A stretch of 64,000 nt of DNA from Octopus sinensis (taxonomy: Eukaryota): assembly GCF_006345805.1 (NCBI RefSeq), contig NC_042997.1, positions 19,840,001-19,904,000 of the forward strand, written 5' to 3'. The notes under the pieces are model-generated. The model had not been told where the DNA came from, ran no database searches, and saw only the letters and a program-made list of their open reading frames with translations. Below are positions 12,671-25,215 of this stretch, piece after piece (the stretch's first letter is position 1; every line of letters begins with the position of its first letter). The position numbers were made by a program, and so were the translations under genes.

Positions 12671-13844
12671 GACTGAATATATCTGTATGGTAAAGAAGTT
12701 TGCTTTGCAAGTGCCCAGCTTTAGGTTTAATCACACTGTATGGAACTTTAAGCAAGTGTCTTCTACTATAAGCTCAAGTTGAATAAAGCCTTGCAAATGA
12801 AAGCTGATGAATTGAAGTAGTGTAATAACCCACCAGGAAAATAGCTTCCTGTTTTTGAATAGTAAATGTAAACCATTATGTTTAAAACCACCACCTGGTC
12901 TTTGAGAATCTTTAGTAGACTCCACTTTGTTACAAGTATTCAGACGAGGTTTCAAATCTGAAAATATCTTCCACCTTTTCACTTAGTCTCAGGCCCTGAA
13001 AGATATCATAAGCACTATCTTTCTGCCCATGACTAAGCAATTAATAATAAAGATTTCCTTTCAATGAAATTACTCACTTTCTTAAGATCTAAACATTAAT
13101 TGTACTACTAATCACATATATAGCACACAGTCACTGATGTTTATAATTTTAGCATTTAGATCAAAATCTTATCATTCTCAGACAAGAAAAAGAATTCTTA
13201 GGTGATCAGAGTAATTGAAACGGAGTAAAGAAGATCAAAGGTGTATAGATTAATTGCAGAAGAACAAACAACTGATTATACTTCTTCTTTCACATGTCAA
13301 CAACAAATGAAAGGAAAAATCGATTAAGATAGAACTGATTGAATCATAATGGCAATACTTTTTTAAAATTTTTGGAGATATTTTGAAAACAGTAAAAGTA
13401 CTTGAACTAAAAACACTGACCAGTAAATTCAACAGAAAATTGCTGGAGTTGTTAATGCATAGGAGAAAATGCCTTATGGTATTTGTTCCAGCTCTTTGTG
13501 CTCATAGTTCCAATTTCACCTAGGCCAACTTTGCTTCTTCTTGGTAAAATATAGTGCCAGTCAGGGCAGATTGACAGAGTTATAAGAATATCCAAAAAGA
13601 TGTGATATTTGTTCTAGCTCTTTGTGTTGTGACTTCTAGGGTTGTAGACTCAGTTCAATACCTGTCTTAACACTACTACCTAGTACCTTAGATGTCTTAA
13701 AAGAAGACCACTCTGTTGCAAGCATTCATGCTAGGTCTCCAGTTTGATGATAATTTCCTTCCTTCCTCCAACCAGTGCCAAAAAGCATATAATGGGTTAT
13801 AATGCTGTTCTTCTCTCTCTGACTAACCATTAAAGCCCCCACCA

Positions 13845-14025
13845 CACTCTTGGAGTGGTTGGCATTAGGAAGGGCATCAAGCTGTAGAAACCTTGCCATA
13901 TCAGATTAGGGCCTGGTGCAGGTCTCCCAGCTTGCCAGTTCTCGGTCAAACCGTCCAACACATGCCAGCATGAAAAGCAGATATTAAATGACAATGATGA
14001 CAATGAGGATGATGATGATGAGATG
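13845..14025 (+). mobile_element. Family F copy
   Basis: GGAGTGGTTGGCATTAGGAAGGGCATC...GCATGAAAAGCAGATATTAAA plus a degenerate (GAT)n tail. Confidence 0.8.
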
Positions 14026-14504
14026 TACATATCTTTTACCTTTTACTTGTTATGCTCATTCACTCATTAGACAGAGGCCATGAAGAATTTTAGTCAAACA
14101 ATTCAACCCCAGAACATACTTCTATTTTAAGACTGGTACTTGTTCTGTCAGTCACTTTTACCAGACTGCTAAGTTATGGGGTCATAAACACACCAACAAA
14201 AACTGTTGAGTGGTGAGTGGAGAAACAATAGACACAATGATGCAAACACACACACAGTTTGACTGAGAACTGGTAAGCCAGGAGGCTGCACCAGGCCCCA
14301 ATCTGATTTGGCAAGGTTTACACAGACTCACACACTCACACATACAACAAAATTATTTCAGTTTCTGTTTATCAGATCCACTCACAAAGATTTAATTGGC
14401 CTAGGGCCATAGTAGAATACTCTTGTCCAAGGTACTCTACAGTGAGACTGAACCCAGAGCCATGTGGCTGAGAAGCAAACTTCTTACTGAACAATCATGC
14501 CTGT

Positions 14505-14955
14505 CATCATCATCATCATCATCATCATCATTGTTTAACGTCCGCTTTCCATGCTAGCATGGGTTGGACGATTTGACTGAGGACTGGCGAACCAGATGGC
14601 TGCACCTGGCTCCAATCAGATCTGGCAGAGTTTCTACAGCGGGATGCCCTTCCTAACACCAACCACCCTGAGAGTGTAGTGGGTGCTTTTACATTCCACT
14701 GGCACGAGGGCCACTCAGGAGGTACTGGCAACAGCTACGCTCAAATGATGTTTTTTGCGTGCCACCTGCATAGGAGCCAGTCCAGCAGCACTGGTAACGA
14801 CCTTGCTTTAATGTTTTTTCATGTGCCGCTGGCACAAGTGCTAGTAAGACGACACTGTTAACAATCATGCTCGAATGGTGCTTTTTACATGCCACCCGCA
14901 TGGAAGCCAGTTAGCTGCTCTGGCAATGATCACACTCGGATGGTGCTCTTTGCAT
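14505..14955 (-). mobile_element. Family F copy (longer)
   Basis: (CAT)n TTGTTTAACGTCCGCTTTCCATGCTAGCATGGG...; reverse complement of 3940-4236. Confidence 0.85.
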
Positions 14956-16162
14956 GTATAAAATTATTCTATTTTTCTTCTCAGTCATTAGTCATTTTCC
15001 TTCGCGTTGTACTATTTTGGCTATTGATAAATTTTTAATTACACAAGAATATATTCCTATAAATGAATTTTGGCTTGGATTCAGGTATCAAAGAGTTGAT
15101 TTGGATTTATGCTTCTTTGACGTAGACAGATTGCATAGTAACCAAAATCAAGACAACTCAACCCATTTATTTCAAAGTAGATATTACAGGACAATATAAT
15201 TCAATGTTTAATAGAAAAGTTTGCAAACTTGAGATTCAGTTACTTCTCCAATTGAGTAACCAGAGGAAGAGTTGTCTCTGAAAAGATTGCAAGATGCATC
15301 AAAAATTTTAGGAAAATAAAAATAAGAAATAAGTGGAAATTTTACTGGTGAGTGTGTTACATTATAAGGCACAAAAAGAAAAATGATTCTCCCCAGACAC
15401 AACAGAATATGCTTCAACACACGAACTCAAATAAAGAATCTTGCAAACCAAATCCAAAAACGAAATCTCATATATCAGGAAAAAATGAAACAAAGATAAA
15501 TTCTATTTATTCAACAAATATAAAATTATATATTTTATAATCATATAAATTGAAATTCAACTGGAAAAAAAGACAAGGAAAATAACGATGTGGTCTCTTA
15601 TAAATTTTACAGTGAAATTTTATAAGTTAAACAGTAAGCTACATGATTGTTTATATTTTGAACTGGGTTATATTTATTTCCATCAATAACAGCCAACTTT
15701 TCTTGAATGTTCACTATTGTTATGTTATGCTTCACTTGCCTTTTCTTAATTATCAAATACAATGCTAGATTCAAGTCTGGAAATGGAACATCTGTATATA
15801 TTACAGATCACTGCTTTTCAGAGAACAAGTAAGTGGTAGAGTAGCAGAGTTAGAAACAGAAGATCCAGTTTCAATTTTCAGCACAGAACTGGACATAAAA
15901 ATCACTTGAAGATATCCAGATGAATGATCAGAAAGCTACATGTAAATAAAAAGATTTATCGAGCCAATATTTTGTCATTTCTTTTTTGTTTTTGTGTTTG
16001 CTGTAAGATATGTTTTAATTGTATCTAAAATATACTTACTTGATTTTCACCCACAAATACAATAACAGATTTAACATGTCATCTTTTTTAAGTGAGCTTG
16101 GATCAAAGAGGCATGAAGATTACATATTTACAGAAACAGAAGCTGCTGCTTCTCTTATAAGG

Positions 16163-16380
16163 CAGCGAGCTGGCAGAAACTTTAGCATGCCGGGCAAAAT
16201 ACTCAGCAGTATTTCGTCTGTCTTTATATTCCACCAAAGTCAATTTTGCATTCATCCCTTTGGGGTCAATAAATTAAGTACCGATTACGCACTGGGGTCA
16301 ATGTAATTGACTTAATCCCTTTGTCTTTCCTTGTTTGTCTCTTCTATGTTTAGCCCCTTGTGGGCAATGAAGAAATAAGA
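16163..16380 (+). mobile_element. SINE family D (variant tail)
   Basis: GGCAGCGAGCTGGCAGAAAC head; TTAATCCCTTTGTCTTTCCTTGTTTGTC...GAAATAAGAAA tail, as in 51423-51810. Confidence 0.8.
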
Positions 16381-16551
16381 AACAGAAGCTATGCAATAGC
16401 AGTAGAGGTAATGTGTTTAAACATCACAAATGTGATGTTTAAATTCTTTATCTTTCATATTGGAAGGAAGCTCCTGGCAAAATGTCAAATGGCTTTCTTC
16501 TGGTTATGGCTCACAATACCAATCTGCAACACTTGTGCTATTGTTGATATA

Positions 16552-16962
16552 CTCTTTTACTTTTTATACTTGTTTCAGTCATTTGACTGCGGCCATGCTG
16601 GAGCACCACCTTTAATCGAGCAAATCAACCCCAGGACTTATGGAAGCCTAGTACTTATTCTATTGGTCTCTTTTGTCAAACCACTAATTTATGGGGACGT
16701 AAACACACCACCATCAGTTGTCAAGCGATGCAGGGGAGACAAACACAGACACACAAACATATACACACATATACATATATATTTATATACATGTATACGA
16801 CGGGCTTCTTTCAGTTTCCACCTACCAAATCCACTCACAAGGCTTTGGTCAGCCCGAGGCTATAGTAGAAGACACTTGCCTAAGGTGCCAAGCAGTGGGA
16901 GTGAACCCGGAACCATATGGTTGGTAAGCAAGCTACTTACCACACAGCCACTCCTGCGCCTG
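16552..16962 (-). mobile_element. SINE family E, near full length
   Basis: Minus head GGCGCAGGAGTGGCTGTGTGGTAAG; body and tail match the other E copies. Confidence 0.85.
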
Positions 16963-17329
16963 TGAGAAATACTCTAACATAAGTCAAGCTCAAGTTTTAT
17001 AAAGAATCAGCAACATATAATTTTGGCTATAAAGTGGAAGCATTTTTAATAATATTATATAGATGCTAAATTACTATCGAAAATGCCCAAAAATTGTGGG
17101 CTTCAGAGTTTTAGCTGTGACCTTTTAGGGTGTAGTGTAAAACATTCTTCTTGAGTCAGTGTGAGTCATTGTGACTTTTTCCAGTTGAATGAGACAGGGT
17201 AGACTTGTTTTCAAAGAATGGTTTCAAGGCCTCTATTCCTGGAAACAATACATGTCTGGTGAGTTGTATTTAGATTGTGTATGGATACCTTTGTGCGAAG
17301 AAGATTAAATAAAATGAAATGCCATATTA

Positions 17330-17700
17330 TCTGCACAGGATTGGTTAGAGTGTGTGGTTAGAATTAACAGCAATGGTTTCTGTCTCTACAGAATTTGTGC
17401 TAATTGTCAATGAGAAGAGAAGCACACTGAATGTGCTTCTTTATGACTGTCCATTACATCTTTGATGTGTTAGAAGTAGAAATTGGAGAGTTTATTAGAC
17501 CTGCAATCAGGTATAATTAGTTTCTTCATTATGAAGCTTTGCTGAATAAGAATATGAATAAGAGCAATAGACACCTGTTGTAGAGAGAGATTTCAATGAA
17601 TGTGGTTAGTGAGGCAATTAAGAATATGAAGGCATCAGAGGATGTTGCAAATACATCAAGGATTGTTGATGAGATGCGGAATACAATACAATGTCCTAAC
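17330..17700 (+). mobile_element. Degenerate RTE-like LINE internal remnant
   Basis: Fragment EISMNVVSEAIKNMKASEDVANTSRIVDEM resembles the pre-RT linker (AIK.MK.GKA.G.SGI..EM). Confidence 0.45.
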
Positions 17701-18300
17701 TATACCAGTTACTTAATTAATCAAACTAAACTGGAAAGCATTCTCCTCAATGCCACTGTAGCCATATTGTAAACTGAAACTGTTGCAAGTAAAATATAGT
17801 TGCAGCAGATCAATGCAAATCAAATGAATTCTCAGAAATTTTGCTTTTGGTTGTTTTTGTTCTAAATTTATTATTTGAATTTTATATTTTCTAATGTTTT
17901 AAAGAAGCTAAAAACACCTACTGCAAACGTACAATCTCACTGTGCAAACATTTGTTTAGCTTAATCAAAGCACTTACACGTATATCTTTTATCTTTCATC
18001 TTTTACATGTTTCAGTCTGCACTGCAGCCACACTGGGGTACCACTTTGAAGGGTTTTTAATCGAAAAAATTGACCCCTAGAGCTTATATTCTTTTTTAAA
18101 GTCTAGTACTTATTCTATTGGACTCTTTTGCTGAAACCACCAGGTTATATTGACAAACTCAAACACAAAGACACACACACATGCACGCATGTGAGTATAT
18201 ATGCAAGTATATATATATATATCCACCAATGAGGTGTTGAGCACTCATTTTCATCATTTGACATTTATGTGTGTATAAATATATATATATATATATATAT

Positions 18301-18488
18301 ACACTCTCGGAGTGGTTGGTACACTCTCGGAGTGGTTGGCGTTAGGAAGGGCATCCAGCTGTAGAAACACTGCCAGATCTGACTGGCCTGGTGCAGCCTT
18401 CGGGCTTGCCAGACCCCAGTTGAACCGTCCAACCCATGCTAGCATGGAAAGCGGACGTTAAACGATGATGATGATGATGATGATGATA
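18301..18488 (+). mobile_element. Family F copy with a 20-bp 5' tandem duplication
   Basis: ACACTCTCGGAGTGGTTGG occurs twice in tandem, then the family F body and (GAT)n. Confidence 0.85.
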
Positions 18489-18711
18489 TATACATACATA
18501 TACACACATACACGCATATAATGGACTGCCACCAAGTTTCTGTTCACCATGTTTATTCACAAGGCATTGATTAGCCCAGGGCTATAGCCGAAGATACTTG
18601 CCTAAGATGTGATGCAGTGGGACTGAAACTGAAACTGAAGCCATGTTGTAGCAAAGCAAGTTTCTTAACCACATAATCATGCATATACCTTGTGCCAGTG
18701 CATGTGCATGT

Positions 18712-18742
<31 letters not shown>

Positions 18743-18910
18743 GACACACACACACACACACACACACATGCACACATACACATACACACACACAAAGAGA
18801 AAAATTCCTAAACGTTTTTATTTAGATGTAGTTAAATAAATGCCTTGTCTAAATGAAGATGTATGAATATTGGGAAGTCCATATGTCTCTAGCTATCTGA
18901 TATACACACA

Positions 18911-18950
<40 letters not shown>

Positions 18951-19410
18951 GACATACATACACACAATACACACAGAAACCAAATCTGCAGGGGTAAAGT
19001 CAACAGCGAAGCAATAAACCTTAAAATGATAAATGGATTTATTTAGTTGACCTGGGAGAATAGATTGATGAACAGTATTGATGTCATTTGAAATAGAGAG
19101 AGCATTAACACCGAACAGAGGGATTCAAATAAAATTCTCAAATTTATGAGCAGCCCAGAGAATGTTGTCATAGAAAAGTCTTATTTAAAAAAATGCATCC
19201 TACAAAACAAATGCTGACCATAAAATCTTACTTTACACATAGGACACCATTCACAGTGAACATTCTCCACAAAATATCTGTTCCTGATGTTATACTAAAA
19301 CTGGAAGGACATTACATAAAATTAGAACATATTTAGTTAGTAAAATCTATTAATGCATTCATATAATTACAAGGCCACTATGTTGTTGTTGTTGTTATTA
19401 TTATCATTAT

Positions 19411-19752
19411 TTTTTTTCCCTTCTTTTTTCAAATTTTCCACCATTTCTCGCCGAGTGTTTTCCGTAGACCTAGGGCAGAGAAGCTCATTGTACACATTCC
19501 CAGATTACACGTGCAAATTCACAGATAAAATGTGTATTTAAAAATTAATAAATAAATAAATTCATGAATGGATGTTGTATTCACAGCGATAATGCTCTTC
19601 TAAGTACATGGGTCATTCCAGTTAACATGAATTTTTGCACTTCCTGTAGGGATGGTAAGCCTGGTATCATTTTCAAATAGGTTTCAGTACCTCTTTTTAT
19701 CATTCCAAGAGATCCTACAATCACTGGTACTGTAGTCGCCTTGAGATGCCAC

Positions 19753-19754
<2 letters not shown>
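19411..19754 (-). mobile_element. R4/Dong-like LINE extreme 3' end (second family)
   Basis: MWHLKATTVPVIVGSLGMIKRGTETYLKMIPGLPSLQEVQKFMLTGMTHVLRRALSL* (19581-19754), then a 3' UTR and an (AAT/AAC)n tail. Confidence 0.85.
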
Positions 19755-19795
<41 letters not shown>

Positions 19796-19828
19796 GTTGT
19801 TGTTGTTGTTATTATTGTTATTATTATT

Positions 19829-20414
19829 CAGTAGTATATTTTTTATATCGTGCTTTCACTTCACTACTGAGCGCAGCTCTGTGTGCCTTGGGTATGTGCT
19901 GTGATTTGTTGTGATGCTCTGATGGTTATTGTATGGAAAGTGTTCTGCATAGGATGTGTGCAGTGCCTAGTAGTGCAATTTTCTGTATGTTATATGTGTT
20001 TGTAAGTCCTGGTGTTTTTGTTATGTATTTGTCTGAATATTTTTTAATCATGCCTAATGCACCTATTATGATAGGAATTGTTTCTGCTTTTAGATTCCAC
20101 ATTCTGGTTACCTCTATTTCCAGGTCTTTGTATTTTGAAAGTTTCTCCATTTCTTTAAGAGACACGTTGTCATCTGCTGGTATTGATACATCAATTAGAA
20201 AACATTTTTTTTCTTCATGATCTCTGACAACTATATCTGGTCTGTTGGCCTTAATTTCTCTATCTGTGTGTATTGGCATATCCCAGAGTATGGTTGCTTT
20301 CTCGTTTTCTGTGACCTTTTCTGGTGTGTGCCTATACAATCTTTTTTCTGTTGTTATTCCATAATATTGGCATAGTTTCCAGCGTATATAGGTCCCAAAT
20401 CTGTCATGTCTGTT
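19829..20414 (-). mobile_element. 5'-truncated R4/Dong-like LINE with RLE domain
   Basis: RHDRFGTYIRWKLC...ILWDMPIHTDREIKANRPDIVVRDHEEKKCFLIDVSIPADDNVSLKEMEKLSKYKDL...IQKIALLGTAHILCRTLSIQ* (PD..D..P...K..KY signature; track ORF 19926-20339); (AAT)n on both sides. Confidence 0.93.
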
Positions 20415-20481
20415 TATTATTATTATTGTTGTTGTTGTTGTTGTTGTTGTTCTTCTTCTTCTTCTTCTTCTTCTTCTTCTT

Positions 20482-20555
<74 letters not shown>
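20415..20555. repeat. Compound trinucleotide array (TAT)n(TGT)n(TCT)n(TAT)n
   Basis: Four abutting near-pure blocks. Confidence 0.95.
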
Positions 20556-20556
20556 G

Positions 20557-20773
20557 AAGGCGATGAGCTGGCAGAATTATTAGCATGTCGGACAAAATGC
20601 TTAGCTGTATTTTACTTGTCGCTACGTTCAGAGTTCAAATTCCACCGAGGTCAACTTTGTCGTTCATCCTTTCAGGGTCAATAAATTAACTACCACTGAA
20701 GTATTAGGGTCAATGCAATCAACTATCCCCTTTCTGAAAATTCCAAGCCTTGCACCTATAGTAGAAAGGGTTA

Positions 20774-20844
<71 letters not shown>

Positions 20845-20845
20845 T
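20557..20845 (+). mobile_element. SINE family D with (TAT)n tail; further partial D copies follow to ~21480
   Basis: GGCGATGAGCTGGCAGAATT...GAGTTCAAATTCCACCGAGG...; (TAT)n at 20778-20845. Confidence 0.85.
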
Positions 20846-21019
20846 CATTTATCTTTACATTCTGAGTTCAAACTCTGCCAAGGTTGACTTTGCCTTTCAT
20901 CTTTCCAAGGTCGATAAAATAAGTACAAGTCAAGCATTGGGGGTCGATATAATTGACCTACCTCTCCCATCAAATTGCTGGCATTCTGTCAAAGTTTGAA
21001 ACCATCATCATCATCATCA

Positions 21020-21056
<37 letters not shown>

Positions 21057-21259
21057 CATTATTATTATTCTTATCATTATTATTGAGAACCGATGCTGGT
21101 GTGTTTACGTCCCCGTCACTTAGCGGTTCAGCAAAAGAGACCGATAGAATAAGTACTTGGCTTACAAAGAATAAGCCCCGGGGTCGAGTTGCTCGACTAA
21201 AGGCGGTGCTCCAGCATGGCTGCAGTCAAATGACTGAAACAAGTAAAAGAGTAAAAGAG

Positions 21260-21311
<52 letters not shown>

Positions 21312-22375
21312 TATTATTCCATTCACCTTTACATTCTGAGTTCAAATTTCACTATGGTTGACTTTGCCTTTCAATTTTCAGGGTTAATGAAATAAGAAAC
21401 AGTAAGTAATGCACAGGAGTTGATATAATCGTCTTACCCCCTCCCTTGAAATTTCAGGCCTTGTGCCTATAGTAGACAGAGTAATTGTTGTTGTTGTTGG
21501 TGGTGGTGGGGGGTTTCTAATCTACAATATAAGTTATATATTTTCCACTTACATCTTTCAAATACCATGAAATCATGCATGCATCAAAATGTTCAATAAG
21601 TATTTTTGTGCTATCCTCAGTAACCATTTTATCACAAGAGAGACAGCCCTCAAATGATTTTGGAAATCTACATTTCTTCATAGCAAATCCATATCAAAAT
21701 GTGAGTTGCTTTACTATAAGGAAGTAAAGGTTTCCAAAATCATTTCAGAGTCGTCTTTCTTGCTGTACACAGTGATGAAGATAATCAAGAACCTAGAAAT
21801 GCATTCACCACTTGGCCAGAGAGTACCTTGAAGTGATTGCTGAAGGCTTTTAATACCTATTACATAAAGTGAGAGCTATCAACAGCAGGCCACAGTGAAT
21901 AAAGCTTTTAAACAGGTTTAAATTGTCCCAAGCATATTTGAACTGATCTAAACATTTGTTTACTCATAACATTACTTTCATGTGCCTCCTCCAATTTTTA
22001 TCATCCTTTTATTCTTTTTCTGGTTTCGTTCCTTTGATTGTTAATTGCTGGTAAGGAAAGATACCGTAATTTGTTTTGCAACCATGATATACAACCAAGT
22101 ATATTAAAGGTTTATAAGTCAAAATATTGTGTTTTACTTTGTGTTAGCAATGCATTGTTTTCATTTTTTAAGTGCATCTCTACAGTTTCTATAGAATTTA
22201 GAGCCACTGAGAGTTACAATGTTACACGTATGAATACATCTATATAAACAATGCAGTCGAAGATAGATGATAGGTGTATATTCATATTTCAGGAGTATTG
22301 CCCCTTGAATGCCACCTTCAAAGGTTTGCAGCTGATTGTAATTCCCCAGCACTTATTACAGTTCAGTACGTATTT

Positions 22376-22465
22376 CATTGAAACGCAATGTCTGTTGTCA
22401 CTTCAACATGGCTGTTCCCTACGGAGCAGCCATGTTGAAGTGGCAACAGACATTACTTTTCAATG
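22376..22465. other. 90-nt near-perfect inverted repeat / hairpin
   Basis: 32-bp arms at 22387-22418 and 22423-22454 (two G:T wobbles only), CTAC loop, plus an 8-bp basal extension. Confidence 0.9.
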
Positions 22466-22729
22466 GAGTTACTACTTGCATCACTTGTAGAGCTTTTAGA
22501 ACTAGCTACTTCACTTATTTCATTGATTTCTATTTATCAAATCACTAAGCTTAAGCTATGCTTTAATGTAATTGGACACGACACCAATTAAAACAGTAAA
22601 GATAAATACAAATACATGCGCACACATACACACAGATAGATAAATAGATAGACAGACAGATAGACAGAAAGATAGGCAATCAGACAGGTATGTAGACAGC
22701 AGTCAGCAGATAGATAGATAGATAGATAA

Positions 22730-23008
22730 CTTCTTTATTGGCCACACAGGACTGAATACGGAAGGGACAAATACAAATGTAGACCTTTCTTATCGAAAAT
22801 GAAAACGAAAATGGGAAAAAATGAGAAAAAAAGAGTAAAATTCTGATCAAAAAGGATCGGGGGGGGGGGAATGATCAAAAGGGATTGTGTTTCACAGAAG
22901 AATTTTAAAAGTATAAAAAGCAAGACTAGGTTTATCCGTGGAAAGGAAAGCCTATCGAAAAGACCACGGTAGTTTCTGGCAGGCAGGGAATAAACACATG
23001 AGAGCAAA

Positions 23009-23046
<38 letters not shown>

Positions 23047-23285
23047 TTTCGATTTACAGGATCATGCTCAAAGTGGTTTCATCACTTGCACATAACATCT
23101 TTGCTACATTCACCCACCTTTTTTCGAAACCTTCATGAGACAAAACTTGCCTCTCCATTCTCGCCTTCCTTTTCAAGTGGTACTTGAAAAAGTTGATGAG
23201 CGATTGACCAAGAGGTAAGTGTTTGTCTTTAATCCTTTCCCTCAATTCCACCACACACCTTCTTTCACCATGGCCACCAGTACGA
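22730..23285 (-). mobile_element. L1/Tx1-like LINE 3' end (ORF2 C-terminus, 3' UTR, AATAAA) in a (GATA/GACA)n array
   Basis: Minus ORF ...GQSLINFFKYHLKRKARMERQVLSHEGFEKRWVNVAKM..., pyrimidine-rich 3' UTR, AATAAA at 22734-22739, GATA/GACA repeats on both flanks; homologous UTR at 36224-36690. Clade assignment is by recollected resemblance only. Confidence 0.6.
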
Positions 23286-24924
23286 CAGACAGACAGATAG
23301 ATAGGTAGATTGATACACAACAAAAGACTCATGCAAGTAGAATGAACCTTAGATCAGATCATGCAATTACAAAGTGAAGTTCCTAAACATATAGCAATGT
23401 CTAAACTTAATTTCTGTTGCACTTGCTTTGTTATATATTATATCCAAACATATTCTTTTCGGTCTTCTATAGAGAACATGAAATTTTTAAAACAATTAAA
23501 GAAACAGTAACACATTCAGATACTTTTCTAAGAAACATCATTTTACGGAAAACTTAAAACTTTTAAATGTATTTTTCAGCTAATTACTGAGTTTTTTAGA
23601 TTTCTAAACAAAACTGAAACAAAGGAACCTTTGTCATTATTTATCTTCAGCTAAATAGATATTTCCATTGAATCCTTGCTATGCACTGCAATAATTCTTA
23701 TTTTAAATTGTTCTTGCATTAAATAAGACACAGACAATTGTTTTTTTCTACCAATGATTTATAAGCTTAAGAAATAGTAAAACTATTTCAGGGCTAATTC
23801 AAAATAAACTTCATAAAATTACTTCATATCTTTTCCAATGAATATTTATGGATTCGTTAAAAAAAGCTGGTAATTTCATCAATTTACCATTTAAATCACA
23901 AACATTAGTCATTCACAGATAAGTAAAAGAAATGTGAGATCTACTGGAAGTATTGCTGAAATATTAAAATTCTCTGTAGGCATGGTTTAGGCTATTCTAT
24001 TTCAGTTATAGATTAGATAAATATATAATATTACATTGTATAGTTGTCTCTATAGTTTGTAAAGTCTAATGGTATTAGATTATGTTGAATTGTGCTACGT
24101 TATTTCCTTTCATGTGTTAAATTCTTTCATTCACTCCTTATCTATGAGTTTACAGTACTTGTCTATTTTTTCATCTTATATGCCTCATCAGTTTTCATTA
24201 TCATTTCTAAGCCACATAATTAGCAGAGGTGAAAATGTTAATAACTAAGTTTGATAACACAATCAGTTGTCTAAGCTAAATGACTATACATGGAGTTTGT
24301 TGATTTTGTTTTCAGTAGACAAAAGATATTAAAGTTAAACTCAAATAAAAATTATCAAATAATGATGCTATTATTGACTTATTTATTAATTATAGGGACG
24401 GCATTTGCAGTTTCTTCTTGTATCTATAGATGCTGTGTATTCTTCTAAAACTATAAAATTAAAATACTCAAACACATATACTGGAATGCTTATCAAAGAG
24501 TTAATTCTTCATGAATCAATTTGCTGCATTAATATGCTTATTTCTTAGTTATTGTTATGTAACAAATGTTTATGTAATAGATTTTGCAATTTAATATAAA
24601 ATTCATTAAATCTCTGAAATTCAGCAGAATCATAGGTATCCATCATTATGAAAAGATTTTTTGGATTGCTTGCACCACAGACCCAATACAGTAGAGAATA
24701 CAATAACATAGCTGTGGGTTTAATAGTCCACCCTAAGCAATGCTTTTTAAGGGAGTGGATGTTTGGAGTCTGCTGTACAAGACTGTGTAGGTCTGGAAGA
24801 TTAGAGTGGATGGAAAACTCATTGGCTATGCTGACTGGCACACAGTCATTGAGAGAATAATATAAAAAATTAAGGGAAACATGTGTACTGAGTTTCAAGA
24901 AATAATTTGTTTTCAAAAAGTGAT

Positions 24925-25215
24925 TAGAGCATTGGGCTCACAGTCATGAGGTAGTGAGTTTGATTCCCAGACTGGACTATGTGTTGTGTTCTTGAGCAAG
25001 ACACTTTATTTCACATTGCTCCAGTTCACTTAGATATAGAAATGAATTGCAATGTCCCTGGTGCCAAGCTATATTGGCCTTGGATTACATCGGTGGAATG
25101 AAGATGGGAGACTGGTATACCTGGGTGACTGCTGGCTCTCCATAAACAACCTTGGAGGGAAACTTCCTAGGTGAAATTCCATAGTCATTTATGAAAGAAG
25201 GGGGTCTTTACCATT
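24925..25215 (+). mobile_element. tRNA-derived SINE family B (diverged)
   Basis: Aligns to 55905-56238 (TGTGTTCTTGAGCAAG core; GAAGGGGGTCTTTACC end). Confidence 0.75.

Noticed and set aside
12860-12990. Minus-strand peptide DLKPRLNTCNKVESTKDSQRPGGG as a host exon
   Set aside because: Plausible acceptor but no good donor, and no family recognised.
23060-23214. Apparent plus-strand exon with a strong acceptor (TTTACAG) and donor (GAG|GTAAGT)
   Set aside because: All three frames contain stops, and the opposite strand encodes a LINE ORF2 C-terminus. Antisense exonisation cannot be excluded without RNA data.
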